Shown: positions 36,251-47,053, counted from the stretch's first letter. The stretch is DNA of 64,000 bases from Candidatus Hecatellales archaeon (GCA_003661965.1 QMXD01000002.1:2377-66376), one strand, 5' to 3'. Translations and numbers: made by a program. The notes: generated from the letters alone by a model not told the origin.

Positions 36251-37504
36251 TTATCCCTTCAACAATCCAACCCTATCTAAAACTTTTTTTCCCTCAACTA
36301 AAACTATTTTTATGTTTTCAGGTCTACCCCTAACTATCAAAGAGGCTAAAATGTTATGGGAAAAAGCCAAATTATCCATGGTAAAATCTATAAAGACTAG
36401 GTTTGCAAGTTTTCCCTCCTCTATTGAGCCTACCTTATCCTCTAAACCAAGAATTTTTGCACCGTTTATGGTTGCCATCCTAAAAATCTCCTCTAAAGGT
36501 ATGGGTGGAAAACTTTTTTCAAAAATGTTTGCAAGATTTAAAATGTAACTCATCTCCTCAAACATGTTTGGCTGATTAACCATAACATTATCAGAACCTA
36601 AAGCCACAGTAACCCCCATACCCAACATTTTTTTGATTGGTGGAAAACCTAAGCCAAGCTTAAGATTTGACCTAGGACAAACAACAACACCAACCTTCGC
36701 CTCCACAACCTCTTTAAGGTCTTCATCTGTTGGATGGGTAAGATGAACAAGAAAATCTGCCTTTAAAAGTTTAACAGCCCTATAAACCTCACTATAATCC
36801 GTTCTCCTCCTCGATATTTCTTGGGTGGCTGGATGTTCAGCAACATGGGTTGCTATAAGCTTTTTACCCTTAAAAATACTTGAAAACTGTTTAAGAGCCT
36901 TATCCGTATACTCGTTTGGACTGCTTAACCCAATTCCATCAGCAAACCTAAAAATCTTATAGGTTTCCTTTAAGGCTTGACCTGAAAGAGGCTTCAAATT
37001 TTTTTCTAGGTCTTCTTCATCCATATAGTAGTTTGGTCTACCCAGAATTATCGGCTGAATTCTAAAACCTTCTAAGGCTTCCCTTAAAACTTTAATACCT
37101 TTAACCCCACCCTCCCTAAAATCAGCAAAAGTTGTTATCCCTAAGGCTAACATATCTCTTAGGGTCGACCTTATTCCACGAATAAGAGTTTTCCTGCTGG
37201 TTTTTCTAAGAAACCTATGTTTTAAACCGTTTGGAGGTTTCATAAGGCTTAAAAGATCCTGTCCAAAACCAAGCTCTTTTGCAGCGGAATCTCCAAGATG
37301 AATATGTGTGTTAACAAATCCTGGTATAACAAGAAAACCTTTTCCATCTATTCTTTTTGATGTTGAACCTTTAAACCTTCCAGAACCAACCTCAACAATT
37401 TTTTCTCCATCAACAGCAACATACCCATTCCTAATAATCTTCATTTCTCTACCTGCAACAACCATTATCCTCTCAAAAACCCTCATTCCAACTTCAAAAC
37501 ACAA
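36251..37504 (-). CDS. Amidohydrolase-family metal-dependent hydrolase/deaminase
   Basis: HxH metal motif in GFVNTHIHLGDS and later His/Asp positions. The length is ~400 aa. The true start is probably an internal Met (MRVFERI or MVVAGREMKII). Confidence 0.6.
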   Translation of the reverse strand: MCFEVGMRVFERIMVVAGREMKIIRNGYVAVDGEKIVEVGSGRFKGSTSKRIDGKGFLVIPGFVNTHIHLGDSAAKELGFGQDLLSLMKPPNGLKHRFLRKTSRKTLIRGIRSTLRDMLALGITTFADFREGGVKGIKVLREALEGFRIQPIILGRPNYYMDEEDLEKNLKPLSGQALKETYKIFRFADGIGLSSPNEYTDKALKQFSSIFKGKKLIATHVAEHPATQEISRRRTDYSEVYRAVKLLKADFLVHLTHPTDEDLKEVVEAKVGVVVCPRSNLKLGLGFPPIKKMLGMGVTVALGSDNVMVNQPNMFEEMSYILNLANIFEKSFPPIPLEEIFRMATINGAKILGLEDKVGSIEEGKLANLVFIDFTMDNLAFSHNILASLIVRGRPENIKIVLVEGKKVLDRVGLLKG

Positions 37505-37547
37505 AAAAATCTACCTGTTTAAACCTTTATTTTCCCCTATAAACTAA

Positions 37548-38585
<1,038 letters not shown>

Positions 38586-38600
38586 AAATATTTTTAGTGA

Positions 38601-38675
38601 TGGGCCGGGCCGGATTTGAACCGGCGACCTTTCGGTTATCAGCCGAACGCTCTAACCAGGCTGAGCCACCGGCCC
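38601..38675 (-). tRNA. tRNA-Ile (anticodon GAU), no encoded CCA
   Basis: The reverse complement folds as GGGCCGG acceptor, D-arm GCTC/GAGC, anticodon stem TTCGG/CCGAA with loop CTGATAA, and T-arm GCCGG-TTCAAAT-CCGGC. Confidence 0.85.
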
Positions 38676-38742
38676 GCTTTTTGTCTTCTAAAATTATCCT
38701 TCATTTGGTTTGTTTTTAAAGTTTTGTTTTAAGGTTTTGAGG

Positions 38743-40284
38743 TTAGATTACGTTTTCTTCTATGGTTGACTGTTTGATTTGTAGGTGTGTTTTCCTGTTT
38801 TTGTTTTCTGGTTTATGTTCGTCTAGGTATTCTTTGTAGTCGAATATTTTTATTGGGACTGCAAAATGGATTTTTGGCTGGGAAACTAGTAGGGCTTCAC
38901 CAACATCCAACATTTTTAGTTCTGTGTCTGAGTATTCTAGGTATGGGGTGTTTTCTGAAAGATAGTTTCTGTCGTCTTTTAGGGTTGTTTTAAGTATTAT
39001 TTTTGTCCATAGTTCTGCAAAAACATCCTTGTTTATTCCTGATGGTCTTGGGGTTACAGCGTTTAATCCAACCTTATATTTTCTGTAGGTTAAGGCTATA
39101 TCAGAAAAAATTGTGTCTTTTTCAGCTAAAAACTTGTGTGCTTCTTCAAGGGTTATAAGTAGGTAGGGTAGTCTTCTCCAAGAGTTAAAATCTTTACGCC
39201 AAAGCTCCCTATAATATTCAACAACCCTACCTGCAACCCAACATACAACCTGTCTTTGGGTTTCTTCACGTAAACCTGAAATGTCAACAAGAACAGTCTT
39301 ATTTTTTGTTAATGCATCTATAACGGAATAGGTAAAATCATAGTCAACATCAACAAATATTTTTTCGTTTAAACTTGAAAGTTTTCTTAGTAGTGCTTCA
39401 ACAACACCTTTTTGTCTTGTTGGTGTATGTCTAATAACACCATCAACATCCTCACTCTCATAGATTTCTAGGGTTTTTGTTATCCAGTCTGGTGAGCCTA
39501 TCCTATTGTAAAGCTTTTCTGCGTAGTGTTGCTGGGGGCTTGTAAGGTCTGGAAGAAGAAAACTTAAGCTTTTTGGTGTAAGTTTTCTTAACCCTATCTG
39601 CATTACCCCATAAGGAACCTTTTTTTCAGGTTTTTCCGTCCCAAAATATACAAGGTTTTCCTGTGCATATGGGTGGTCAGCTAAACCTTTCCCTATCTCC
39701 TTTCCTGTTAAAAGTTCTCCAGCAAAATCAAAAATTAAGCCTACAGCCTCTCCCCCTGTAAACATTATTGATGCGTTTAAAACAAGTTCAGCGTTTGTTT
39801 TACCTGAACCTATCTGTCCAACTATAGCCATCATCCTAGGAATATTTTTAACATCTAACCCAACAGTCTTTTTTGTTACAACACCACCAGAACGTAAATA
39901 GCCTATTTCAAGCTGACCTGAAATTTTTAATGTTTCATAGTCGGTTTCATCAAGAGTTTCAACAATCCAACCGTAGTCTGGGTTTAAGGTTGGCGCTCTA
40001 ACAACACCATCCACATCCCTTTCAAGAAAAACCACAGCCTCAATATACCGGTATTGGGAATACGGTCCAACTGTCCTCATAGAACCCTTTAAATCTTGAA
40101 GTTCAGGGACTTCTTCAAGTGTTGATTTACTTCCAGCATCTGTTATTCTTGAATAGTAAATTTTGGATGAGTTTTCTCCACGAATCTTTATAAGTTGTCC
40201 GTAGCTTACAGACTCGTTGCTGGTTGCAACAAGTATAACTCTGTCTCCCTTGCTTTGTTTAACCTTCCCTATCTCCCTACCCAA
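38743..40284 (-). CDS. herA: HerA-family ATPase/helicase (DUF87)
   Basis: N-terminal HAS-barrel-like segment, Walker A MAIVGQIGSGKTN, Walker B LLITLEEAHKF, and a C-terminal ...RPSGINKDVFAELWTKIILKTT... typical of HerA. Confidence 0.7.
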   Translation of the reverse strand: MGREIGKVKQSKGDRVILVATSNESVSYGQLIKIRGENSSKIYYSRITDAGSKSTLEEVPELQDLKGSMRTVGPYSQYRYIEAVVFLERDVDGVVRAPTLNPDYGWIVETLDETDYETLKISGQLEIGYLRSGGVVTKKTVGLDVKNIPRMMAIVGQIGSGKTNAELVLNASIMFTGGEAVGLIFDFAGELLTGKEIGKGLADHPYAQENLVYFGTEKPEKKVPYGVMQIGLRKLTPKSLSFLLPDLTSPQQHYAEKLYNRIGSPDWITKTLEIYESEDVDGVIRHTPTRQKGVVEALLRKLSSLNEKIFVDVDYDFTYSVIDALTKNKTVLVDISGLREETQRQVVCWVAGRVVEYYRELWRKDFNSWRRLPYLLITLEEAHKFLAEKDTIFSDIALTYRKYKVGLNAVTPRPSGINKDVFAELWTKIILKTTLKDDRNYLSENTPYLEYSDTELKMLDVGEALLVSQPKIHFAVPIKIFDYKEYLDEHKPENKNRKTHLQIKQSTIEENVI

Positions 40285-40287
40285 AAC

Positions 40288-41346
40288 CTATTCACCTTCA
40301 ATATCTTCTATCATGTCAAAGTCGTAGGTTAAACCAAGCAAATGTTTTCTAAAACCAGCAACATCAGACTCCCTAAGAAGAAACTCAAGCAAACCTTCTC
40401 TATCTAAATTTAGTTGAACAAGCTCAAAATACTCTAAAAGTTTTGCTCTAGGTATTCTTGTTCTTTCATGAGCTAAAAACAGTGGAGCAGGATAACCGTT
40501 GCATCTTGCATCCATCGATAAACCTGCAAGCTCGGATAGAATTTCAGCAAGATATTTTTTTCCTTTTTCCACAAGATAATCCATAATATCACATCGGAAA
40601 ACTCTTGGACTTAAAGGTGAAAGTTTAACACATGTAACATCCCCATAAAGGTTTTTTCTGTTTGCAGCCTCAAGTATTGGATGGTAAAACCAGCATTTCC
40701 CAAGTTTACCTTCCCTTTGAAGTTTTAACCCGTAAAGGTTTATGGTTGTAAGTAAATCCCTATTTTTTTCGTCATGAAGGTTTGGAGAGTTTTTAGGTAT
40801 CATTAAAAGCTTTATTTTCTTCTTTAAACATGCCTGATAAAGCTCCACAGAATAGCTGCTTCCACCTCTCATACCAAAAAATGCTGCTCCATCCATCAAA
40901 CAAAAATCTTCGCTATCAAGTTTTTTAACAAGCTTTATAGCCATCTCACTTTCATACTCTCTAAGCTTGGTCCAAATCCTATATTTTCTTTCGTTTATGG
41001 GGGCTATGGTGGAAAAAATATGGTCTTGGTATCCCTCCTCTGAAACCACCCATCTCCCATTCAAATTTTCTACGATAACGTAGGCGCAACGGCTAACCCC
41101 TATACGCCAATTGTTTCCCCTCATTAAAGGATAGGATGAAGCATCAACCGAAAGAAATTTTACTTGGGCTTCCTTAGGATTTATCTCTAAAAACCTTGAA
41201 GGATAAATTTCATCTGCTATAAAGGGTTCCTCAACCTGAATTTTTTCGTTGCTGTATCCCTTCTCAATATACCTTTTTACCTCTTCGATACACTTTTTTA
41301 GGTCTAGCTCCACCTTTAACCCCAAAAGATTTTTAGGGTAAACCAT
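40288..41346 (-). CDS. nurA: NurA-domain 5'-3' nuclease
   Basis: FLSVDASSYPL...IGVSRCAYVIV and a later LMDGAAFFG resemble the NurA catalytic motifs. The gene is immediately upstream of herA with a 3-bp gap. Confidence 0.6.
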   Translation of the reverse strand: MVYPKNLLGLKVELDLKKCIEEVKRYIEKGYSNEKIQVEEPFIADEIYPSRFLEINPKEAQVKFLSVDASSYPLMRGNNWRIGVSRCAYVIVENLNGRWVVSEEGYQDHIFSTIAPINERKYRIWTKLREYESEMAIKLVKKLDSEDFCLMDGAAFFGMRGGSSYSVELYQACLKKKIKLLMIPKNSPNLHDEKNRDLLTTINLYGLKLQREGKLGKCWFYHPILEAANRKNLYGDVTCVKLSPLSPRVFRCDIMDYLVEKGKKYLAEILSELAGLSMDARCNGYPAPLFLAHERTRIPRAKLLEYFELVQLNLDREGLLEFLLRESDVAGFRKHLLGLTYDFDMIEDIEGE

Positions 41347-41429
41347 TATTTAAGGAAGAGAGGCTAGTAAAAGTATTTTATTTCTCGTAAAGAAAACTAT
41401 TAAGAAGATAGGTTAAGGGTGGATGACCT

Positions 41430-42059
41430 ATGAAGATAATGATTCTTTCAGATTTTCATGGTGTGGCAAGGTTTGCAGAAAAAATGAGGGATTTAGCTGT
41501 TTCACAAAAGTTTGATTGTATAGTTGTTTGTGGAGACCTAACAGACCTTGGACCCGTCAAGGTTGCACGTCAAATAATAGGAACCCTATCAGAGTCAAAG
41601 CTTCCAGTTTTATACGTTCCTGGAAACATGGACCCTAGAAACCTTGTGGACGAGTTGGATTCGGGTTTCCATGTTCATGGTAGGGGGAAGATTATTGGTG
41701 ATGTTGGTTTTGTTGGTGCAGGCTCCTACAGTAACCTTAAGGGTTTGCTTGAGCAAGGATTAAAAAGTTTGGTTAAAACTCCTAGGTTTCTTGTTTTTGT
41801 AACCCATGTTCCACCAAAGGGGACTAAGGTTGATTTGGCTTGGGATGGTTCCCATATTGGAAGTTTGGAGGTTAGGGAGGCTGTTGAAAAGTATAAGCCA
41901 AACCTTGTTGTTTGCGGTCATGTTCATGAGGCTAGAGGTGTTGATAGGATAGGTGAATCTGTTGTTTGTAATCCCGGACCTGCCTACAACGGTTTTTATG
42001 CTGAGGTTTTTTTGGATGAAAAGGTTAAGGTTAAACTTTTAAGCCTTAAAACTGTTTAA
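41430..42059 (+). CDS. Metallophosphoesterase (calcineurin-like, YfcE/MJ0936-type)
   Basis: MKIMILSDFHG, CGDLTD, GNMD and CGHVHE are metallophosphatase motifs. At 209 aa it is too small for Mre11. Confidence 0.7.
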   Translation: MKIMILSDFHGVARFAEKMRDLAVSQKFDCIVVCGDLTDLGPVKVARQIIGTLSESKLPVLYVPGNMDPRNLVDELDSGFHVHGRGKIIGDVGFVGAGSYSNLKGLLEQGLKSLVKTPRFLVFVTHVPPKGTKVDLAWDGSHIGSLEVREAVEKYKPNLVVCGHVHEARGVDRIGESVVCNPGPAYNGFYAEVFLDEKVKVKLLSLKTV

Positions 42060-42222
42060 GGTTTTTGGTGGGTGTGGTTATGCTGTTGAATAGGATTAGG
42101 GTTACACCATAATCCAGCAGTTAGCCTTAGCCTATATAGGTGAACGTGTTTTAGGTTTACCAAAATCCTATTAGCCTAACCTAAGGTTACATTTTTAATT
42201 TAGAACTGTTTTTGAAATATTC

Positions 42223-43029
42223 ATGGAGTTGTTTTTTCTTGGAACTGGTGGTGGACGTTTCTCAATAATAACCCAAAAAAGAAGAACTGGTGGAATTAGA
42301 ATAATCCATGATAAGCTAAACATACATTTGGATCCTGGACCTGGAGCCCTAATTTATTCTCTTGAGAAAAACATGGATCCTAGAAAGATAAACATGGTTA
42401 TGGTTTCTCATTCACATCCAGACCATTATACTGATGCTGAAATTCTTATTGAGGCTATGACTGGTGGTGCCCTAAAAAAGTCTGGAACCCTTATTTGTGC
42501 AAAAAGTGTAACCGTTGGAAACGATGTTTGCGGTCCCTCAATATCAAAATACCATAAAAGTCTTCCAAGGGAGGTTGTTGAGTTGGAGGCTGGTGGAAAA
42601 TATGTTTCTGACGCTGTTAAAATTGAGGCTGTTAAATCTATCCATTATGACCCTGACACTATAGGGTTTAAGTTAACGTTTTCGGATGGAAAAACTTTGG
42701 GTTATACTTCGGATACAGAATATTTTGAGGGTTTGGGGGAAGCCTATAAAAACGTTGACCTTCTTGTTTTGTGTGTTATAAGACCTAGAGGTATGCCTCT
42801 TAAATGGCATATGTGTATTGATGATGCTGTTAAGGTTGTTGGGGAGGCTAAACCTAAAAAGGCTATTTTAACCCATTTTGGTATGAGGATGATTCTTAAC
42901 ACAACACCAGAGGTTGAAGCAAAATATGTTGAGGAGCAGACAGGTATACCTACTATTGCGGCTTATGATGGGATGGTGTTTAGGGTGAAGAGGGGGGAAA
43001 GAAAAAAAGATTTAACAAGCTTTCTTTAA
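42223..43029 (+). CDS. MBL-fold metallo-hydrolase
   Basis: LGTGGG...VMVSHSHPDHYTD...; 268 aa. Confidence 0.6.
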   Translation: MELFFLGTGGGRFSIITQKRRTGGIRIIHDKLNIHLDPGPGALIYSLEKNMDPRKINMVMVSHSHPDHYTDAEILIEAMTGGALKKSGTLICAKSVTVGNDVCGPSISKYHKSLPREVVELEAGGKYVSDAVKIEAVKSIHYDPDTIGFKLTFSDGKTLGYTSDTEYFEGLGEAYKNVDLLVLCVIRPRGMPLKWHMCIDDAVKVVGEAKPKKAILTHFGMRMILNTTPEVEAKYVEEQTGIPTIAAYDGMVFRVKRGERKKDLTSFL

Positions 43030-43086
43030 AATTTAAAACTTAAGTTTGGCTGACCTAAAGTTTTGTTGGAGGCTTAAGCTTTAACC

Positions 43087-45492
43087 TTGAAGTTTAAACC
43101 GAAAATCGCTGATAAAAGATGGGATCCGAAGAAGGAGCAGGAGATTTTTGAGGAGTGGTTAAACAAGAAAATTTATAGGGTTAACAAGTTTTCCGCAAAG
43201 CCAATCTACAGTATTGATACTCCTCCACCTTATGCTTCTGGTAGGTGGCATGTTGGTGGTGCAACTCATTATGCTCAGATAGATATGGTTGCAAGATATA
43301 AGCGTATGAAGGGTTATGAGGTTCTTTTTTCTTTTGGTATAGACCGAAACGGTTTACCTGTTGAGGTTGAGGTTGAAAAAAGGTATGGTATAACAGCCCA
43401 TAAAACTTCTAGGGAGAAGTTTATTAGGCTGTGTAAAGAGTTTCTTGACCAAGTTGAAAATGAGATTGTTAATACTGCTAAAAGGCTTGGGATGAGCTGT
43501 GACTTTGAAAACATGTATAGGACTGATAGCCCAGAATATAGGAGGATAACCCAAGAAACCTTTATCGAGCTTTGGAATAAAGGCTTAATATATTCTGATA
43601 ATAGACCTACAAACTGGTGTCCTGTCTGCCAAACAACTATTGCTGATGCTGAACTTGAATATGTGGCTGAGGAGACAAACCTATACTATATAAGGTTTAG
43701 GGTTGAGGAAGGTGGAGAAATAGTTATAGCAACAACAAGACCTGAGCTTTTATGCACATGTAGGATGGTTATCTATCATCCTGAAGATGAAAGGTATAAG
43801 CATCTTGAGGGGAAACATGCTGTTGTCCCTATCTACGGTCAAAAAGTTCCTATCAAAGCCAACAGTTATGCTAAACCAGGGTTTGGAACAGGAATAGCTA
43901 TGATATGTTCCTTTGGAGACTATACCGACATCAGAATTTTTAGGGAGTTAAACCTCAAACCCACGATTGCAATAACAAAGGATGGGACGATGAATGAGGT
44001 TGCAGGACCATATATGGGTTTAACCGTTAAGGAGGCTAGAGAAAAAATAGTTGAGGATTTGGAGAGGGATGGTTTACTTGTTAAAAAGGAAAAAATCAAG
44101 CATAACACTCCTGTTTGTTGGAGGTCTAAAAATCCTGTCGAATTTATTTTTATGGAGGAATATTATCTTAAACAGCTTCCATTTATTGAAAACCTAAGAA
44201 AGGTTATTGACCAGATAGAGTTTTATCCTCCAGAATCAAAACAGCTTTTGTTAAACTGGGTAAACTCTATTACTGTGGATTGGCCTATCTCAAGAAGAAG
44301 GTTTTATGGGACTGAAATCCCCATCTGGTATTGTGCTAAATGTGGAAAACCTTATCTTCCACCACCAGGACGATATTATCAGCCTTGGAGGGAAAAACCT
44401 CCAACCGAAAAATGTGAGTGTGGCTCTAAAGATTTTGTAGGTGAAACTAGAACCTTTGACACATGGATGGATTCAAGTATAAGCCAACTCTACATTTTGG
44501 GTTATAAGAGGGATAAAGAGTTTTTTGAGAAGGCTTTCCCATGTAGTTTAAGACCTCAAGGGATGGATATTGTTAGAACATGGTTATATTATTCTATTCT
44601 TAGAACCTACCAGCTTCTTTCAGCACCAGCCTTTAAACATGTAAGAATTTCAGGTATGGGTTTGGATGAGCATGGGGAGGCTATGCATAAGTCTAAAGGA
44701 AACATTATTTGGCCTGAACCATACCTAGAAAAGTATGGTGCTGATGCTTTTAGGCTTTGGGGTGCTTCTGAGGCTAAGCTAGGCTCAAACTATAGGTTTA
44801 GCACCGAAAGACTTGAGGGATGTTTCCGTTTTCTTACAAAGCTTTGGAATGTTTCAAGGTTTATTTCTTCTTTCCCTGTAGAGGTGGAAAACTATAGTTT
44901 AACTCCAACAGATAGGATGATTTTAAACGAGCTTTATAGGCTTGTTGTAGAATGTGAAAAGGGTTATGAGGAGATGGATTTTTTTATTCCAGCAAACGCC
45001 ATCAGAGAGTTTGTTTGGAATGTTTTTGCAGACCATTATGTTGAGGCTGTTAAGGCAAGAGCCTACAACACGGATGGAAGTTTTCATGGGGAGGAGCAGG
45101 CTGGAGCATGGTATACCCTCCACCTATGCCTTAAAACAATTCTTAAGCTTCTTGCTCCAATATGTCCATTTATAACTGAGGCTATTTGGAAACAAGTTTA
45201 CTCTGAAAACTCAATCCATCTGGAAAGTTTCCCGGAGCCTAAAAGGGAATGGTTAAGTGAGTATGGTGGGTTTATCAGCCAATTTATGGGGTTTAACTCT
45301 ACTGTTTGGAGGTATAAAAAGAGCAGGGGGATGGCTTTAAACCAAAAGCTTAGCCTTGTTTATGCACCAAAAGTTTTAGAGCCTTTTAGCCTAGACCTAA
45401 AAGCCATGCATAAAATTGAAAACCTATCCTTTGAAACACCAAAAGAAACCGAGAAACTTGAAAAATTTGGTGATGCGTATTTTAGGCTTTAG
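43087..45492 (+). CDS. valS: Class I aminoacyl-tRNA synthetase of the Val/Ile/Leu group, most likely valyl-tRNA synthetase
   Basis: PPPYASGRWHVGGATHY (HIGH-region), RYKRMKGYEVLF, WCPVCQTTIADAELEY, ATTRPELL, GTGIAMICSFGD (editing domain), MHKSKGN (KMSKS-region). 801 aa, TTG start. Confidence 0.65.
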   Translation: MKFKPKIADKRWDPKKEQEIFEEWLNKKIYRVNKFSAKPIYSIDTPPPYASGRWHVGGATHYAQIDMVARYKRMKGYEVLFSFGIDRNGLPVEVEVEKRYGITAHKTSREKFIRLCKEFLDQVENEIVNTAKRLGMSCDFENMYRTDSPEYRRITQETFIELWNKGLIYSDNRPTNWCPVCQTTIADAELEYVAEETNLYYIRFRVEEGGEIVIATTRPELLCTCRMVIYHPEDERYKHLEGKHAVVPIYGQKVPIKANSYAKPGFGTGIAMICSFGDYTDIRIFRELNLKPTIAITKDGTMNEVAGPYMGLTVKEAREKIVEDLERDGLLVKKEKIKHNTPVCWRSKNPVEFIFMEEYYLKQLPFIENLRKVIDQIEFYPPESKQLLLNWVNSITVDWPISRRRFYGTEIPIWYCAKCGKPYLPPPGRYYQPWREKPPTEKCECGSKDFVGETRTFDTWMDSSISQLYILGYKRDKEFFEKAFPCSLRPQGMDIVRTWLYYSILRTYQLLSAPAFKHVRISGMGLDEHGEAMHKSKGNIIWPEPYLEKYGADAFRLWGASEAKLGSNYRFSTERLEGCFRFLTKLWNVSRFISSFPVEVENYSLTPTDRMILNELYRLVVECEKGYEEMDFFIPANAIREFVWNVFADHYVEAVKARAYNTDGSFHGEEQAGAWYTLHLCLKTILKLLAPICPFITEAIWKQVYSENSIHLESFPEPKREWLSEYGGFISQFMGFNSTVWRYKKSRGMALNQKLSLVYAPKVLEPFSLDLKAMHKIENLSFETPKETEKLEKFGDAYFRL

Positions 45493-46984
45493 CTTTAAGT
45501 TGGAGAAGCCTGTTTAACCCGTTAATCATAGCTTCAACACTTGCAAGCACAATATCAGGTTTTGCTGCTCTTGCAGAAACAATTTTTCCATCAGCATCCT
45601 CAACCTTAACAACAACCTCAGCCACAGCATCTGAGCCTCCAGTTAAAGCTTCAAGCCTAAACTCTTTTAACCTAACGTTTATCAGTCTATCAGTAATTTT
45701 TTGAATAGCCTTTATTGCAGCATCAACAGGTCCAACACCAGTTTCTGAGGAGACATATTCTTTTCCCTCAAGAATTAGTTTAACTGAGGCTGTTGGAATT
45801 ACACCACTACCAGTAACAACTGTTAAATCTTTTAGGTCAACTATTTTTGGTTTTTCAACTGTTTTTCCGCAGATTAGGCTTGCTATGGATATTAGGTCTG
45901 TTGTTGTCACAAGCTTACCCTGGTCACCAAACTCTTTAACCTTTTGAAGAATTTGTTTAAGCTGTTCTTCTGTTGGTTTAAATCCAAGTTCTTCAATCTC
46001 CTTTTTTAAGCCATGGGTTCCAGCATGTTTTCCAGCCACCAAAATAGATTTTCTTCCAACAAGTTCTGGGGTTATAGGTTCATAGGTTAGAGGCATTTCA
46101 ACAACTCCACGGGTATGGATTCCAGACTCATGGGCAAAAGCATTTTCACCAACGATAGGCTTGTTTGGAGGAATCATTACACCTGTAAGCTTTGATACAA
46201 GTTTTGAGGTTTCATAGATAAGGTTTGTTTTAATCTTAACTTTTTCCCTGTAAAGCGAATATAAAGCCATAACAACCTCTTCAAGTGAAGCGTTTCCAGC
46301 TCTTTCCCCAATACCGTTAACGGTAACATGAACTTGGGTTGCTCCAGCCTCAACACCAGCAAGCGAGTTGGCAACAGCTAAACCAAAATCGTTGTGGCAG
46401 TGGACACTTATCGGAACCTTAACATGTTTTTTAATTTCACCTATAAGTAAACCCATCCTTTTAGGTGTCATAACACCAACAGTGTCAGGGACGTTTATCC
46501 TGTCAGCTCCAGCCTCAACGGCCCTCCTATAAGCCTCTACTAGAAAAGGGATTTCTGTTCTTGTAGCATCTTCAGCTGAAAACTCAACAGTTACTCCGTG
46601 GCTTTTAGTGTATTCAACCCATCTAGAAATTTTTTCTAGGACTTCTTCTTTGGTTAGGCGGAGTTTATGTTTAAGGTGGAGTTGTGAGGTTGCAATAAAA
46701 ACATGAACACTATCAACATCACATTTTAAGGCTGCATCTATATCTTCTTTTGTTGTTCTTGCTAAACCACAAATTTCAGCTTTAAGCCCCTCTTTTACAA
46801 TAAGCCTAACAGCTTCAACTTCCCCTTTTGAGGCTATAGGGAAACCTGCCTCAATAACATCAACCCCAAGCTTGTCAAGCTGTTTTGCTATTGTAAGTTT
46901 GTCTTCTGGTGTTAAAGCCACACCCGGAGTTTGTTCTCCATCCCTAAGGGTTGTGTCAAATATTCTAATGTGGTTTTGGCTCAT
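45482..46984 (-). CDS. leuA: 2-isopropylmalate synthase / (R)-citramalate synthase family (LeuA/CimA)
   Basis: IFDTTLRDGEQTPGVAL, HCHNDFGLAVANSLAGVEAGA, and a C-terminal LeuA regulatory domain. It is divergent from leuB. Confidence 0.8.
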   Translation of the reverse strand: MSQNHIRIFDTTLRDGEQTPGVALTPEDKLTIAKQLDKLGVDVIEAGFPIASKGEVEAVRLIVKEGLKAEICGLARTTKEDIDAALKCDVDSVHVFIATSQLHLKHKLRLTKEEVLEKISRWVEYTKSHGVTVEFSAEDATRTEIPFLVEAYRRAVEAGADRINVPDTVGVMTPKRMGLLIGEIKKHVKVPISVHCHNDFGLAVANSLAGVEAGATQVHVTVNGIGERAGNASLEEVVMALYSLYREKVKIKTNLIYETSKLVSKLTGVMIPPNKPIVGENAFAHESGIHTRGVVEMPLTYEPITPELVGRKSILVAGKHAGTHGLKKEIEELGFKPTEEQLKQILQKVKEFGDQGKLVTTTDLISIASLICGKTVEKPKIVDLKDLTVVTGSGVIPTASVKLILEGKEYVSSETGVGPVDAAIKAIQKITDRLINVRLKEFRLEALTGGSDAVAEVVVKVEDADGKIVSARAAKPDIVLASVEAMINGLNRLLQLKAKA

Positions 46985-47053
46985 GACGTATAGTTGATTG
47001 TTGGTTGTTGCTTAAATAGTTTTTATTTTACTCTGAATTTTTAGTGTTTTTGA

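Noticed and set aside
38601-38675. tRNA-Ile as an integration site for the adjacent herA-nurA region
   Set aside because: The tRNA's 3' end faces the mer gene, not herA. Integrative elements usually insert at the tRNA 3' end. No integrase or direct repeat of the tRNA 3' end is present.
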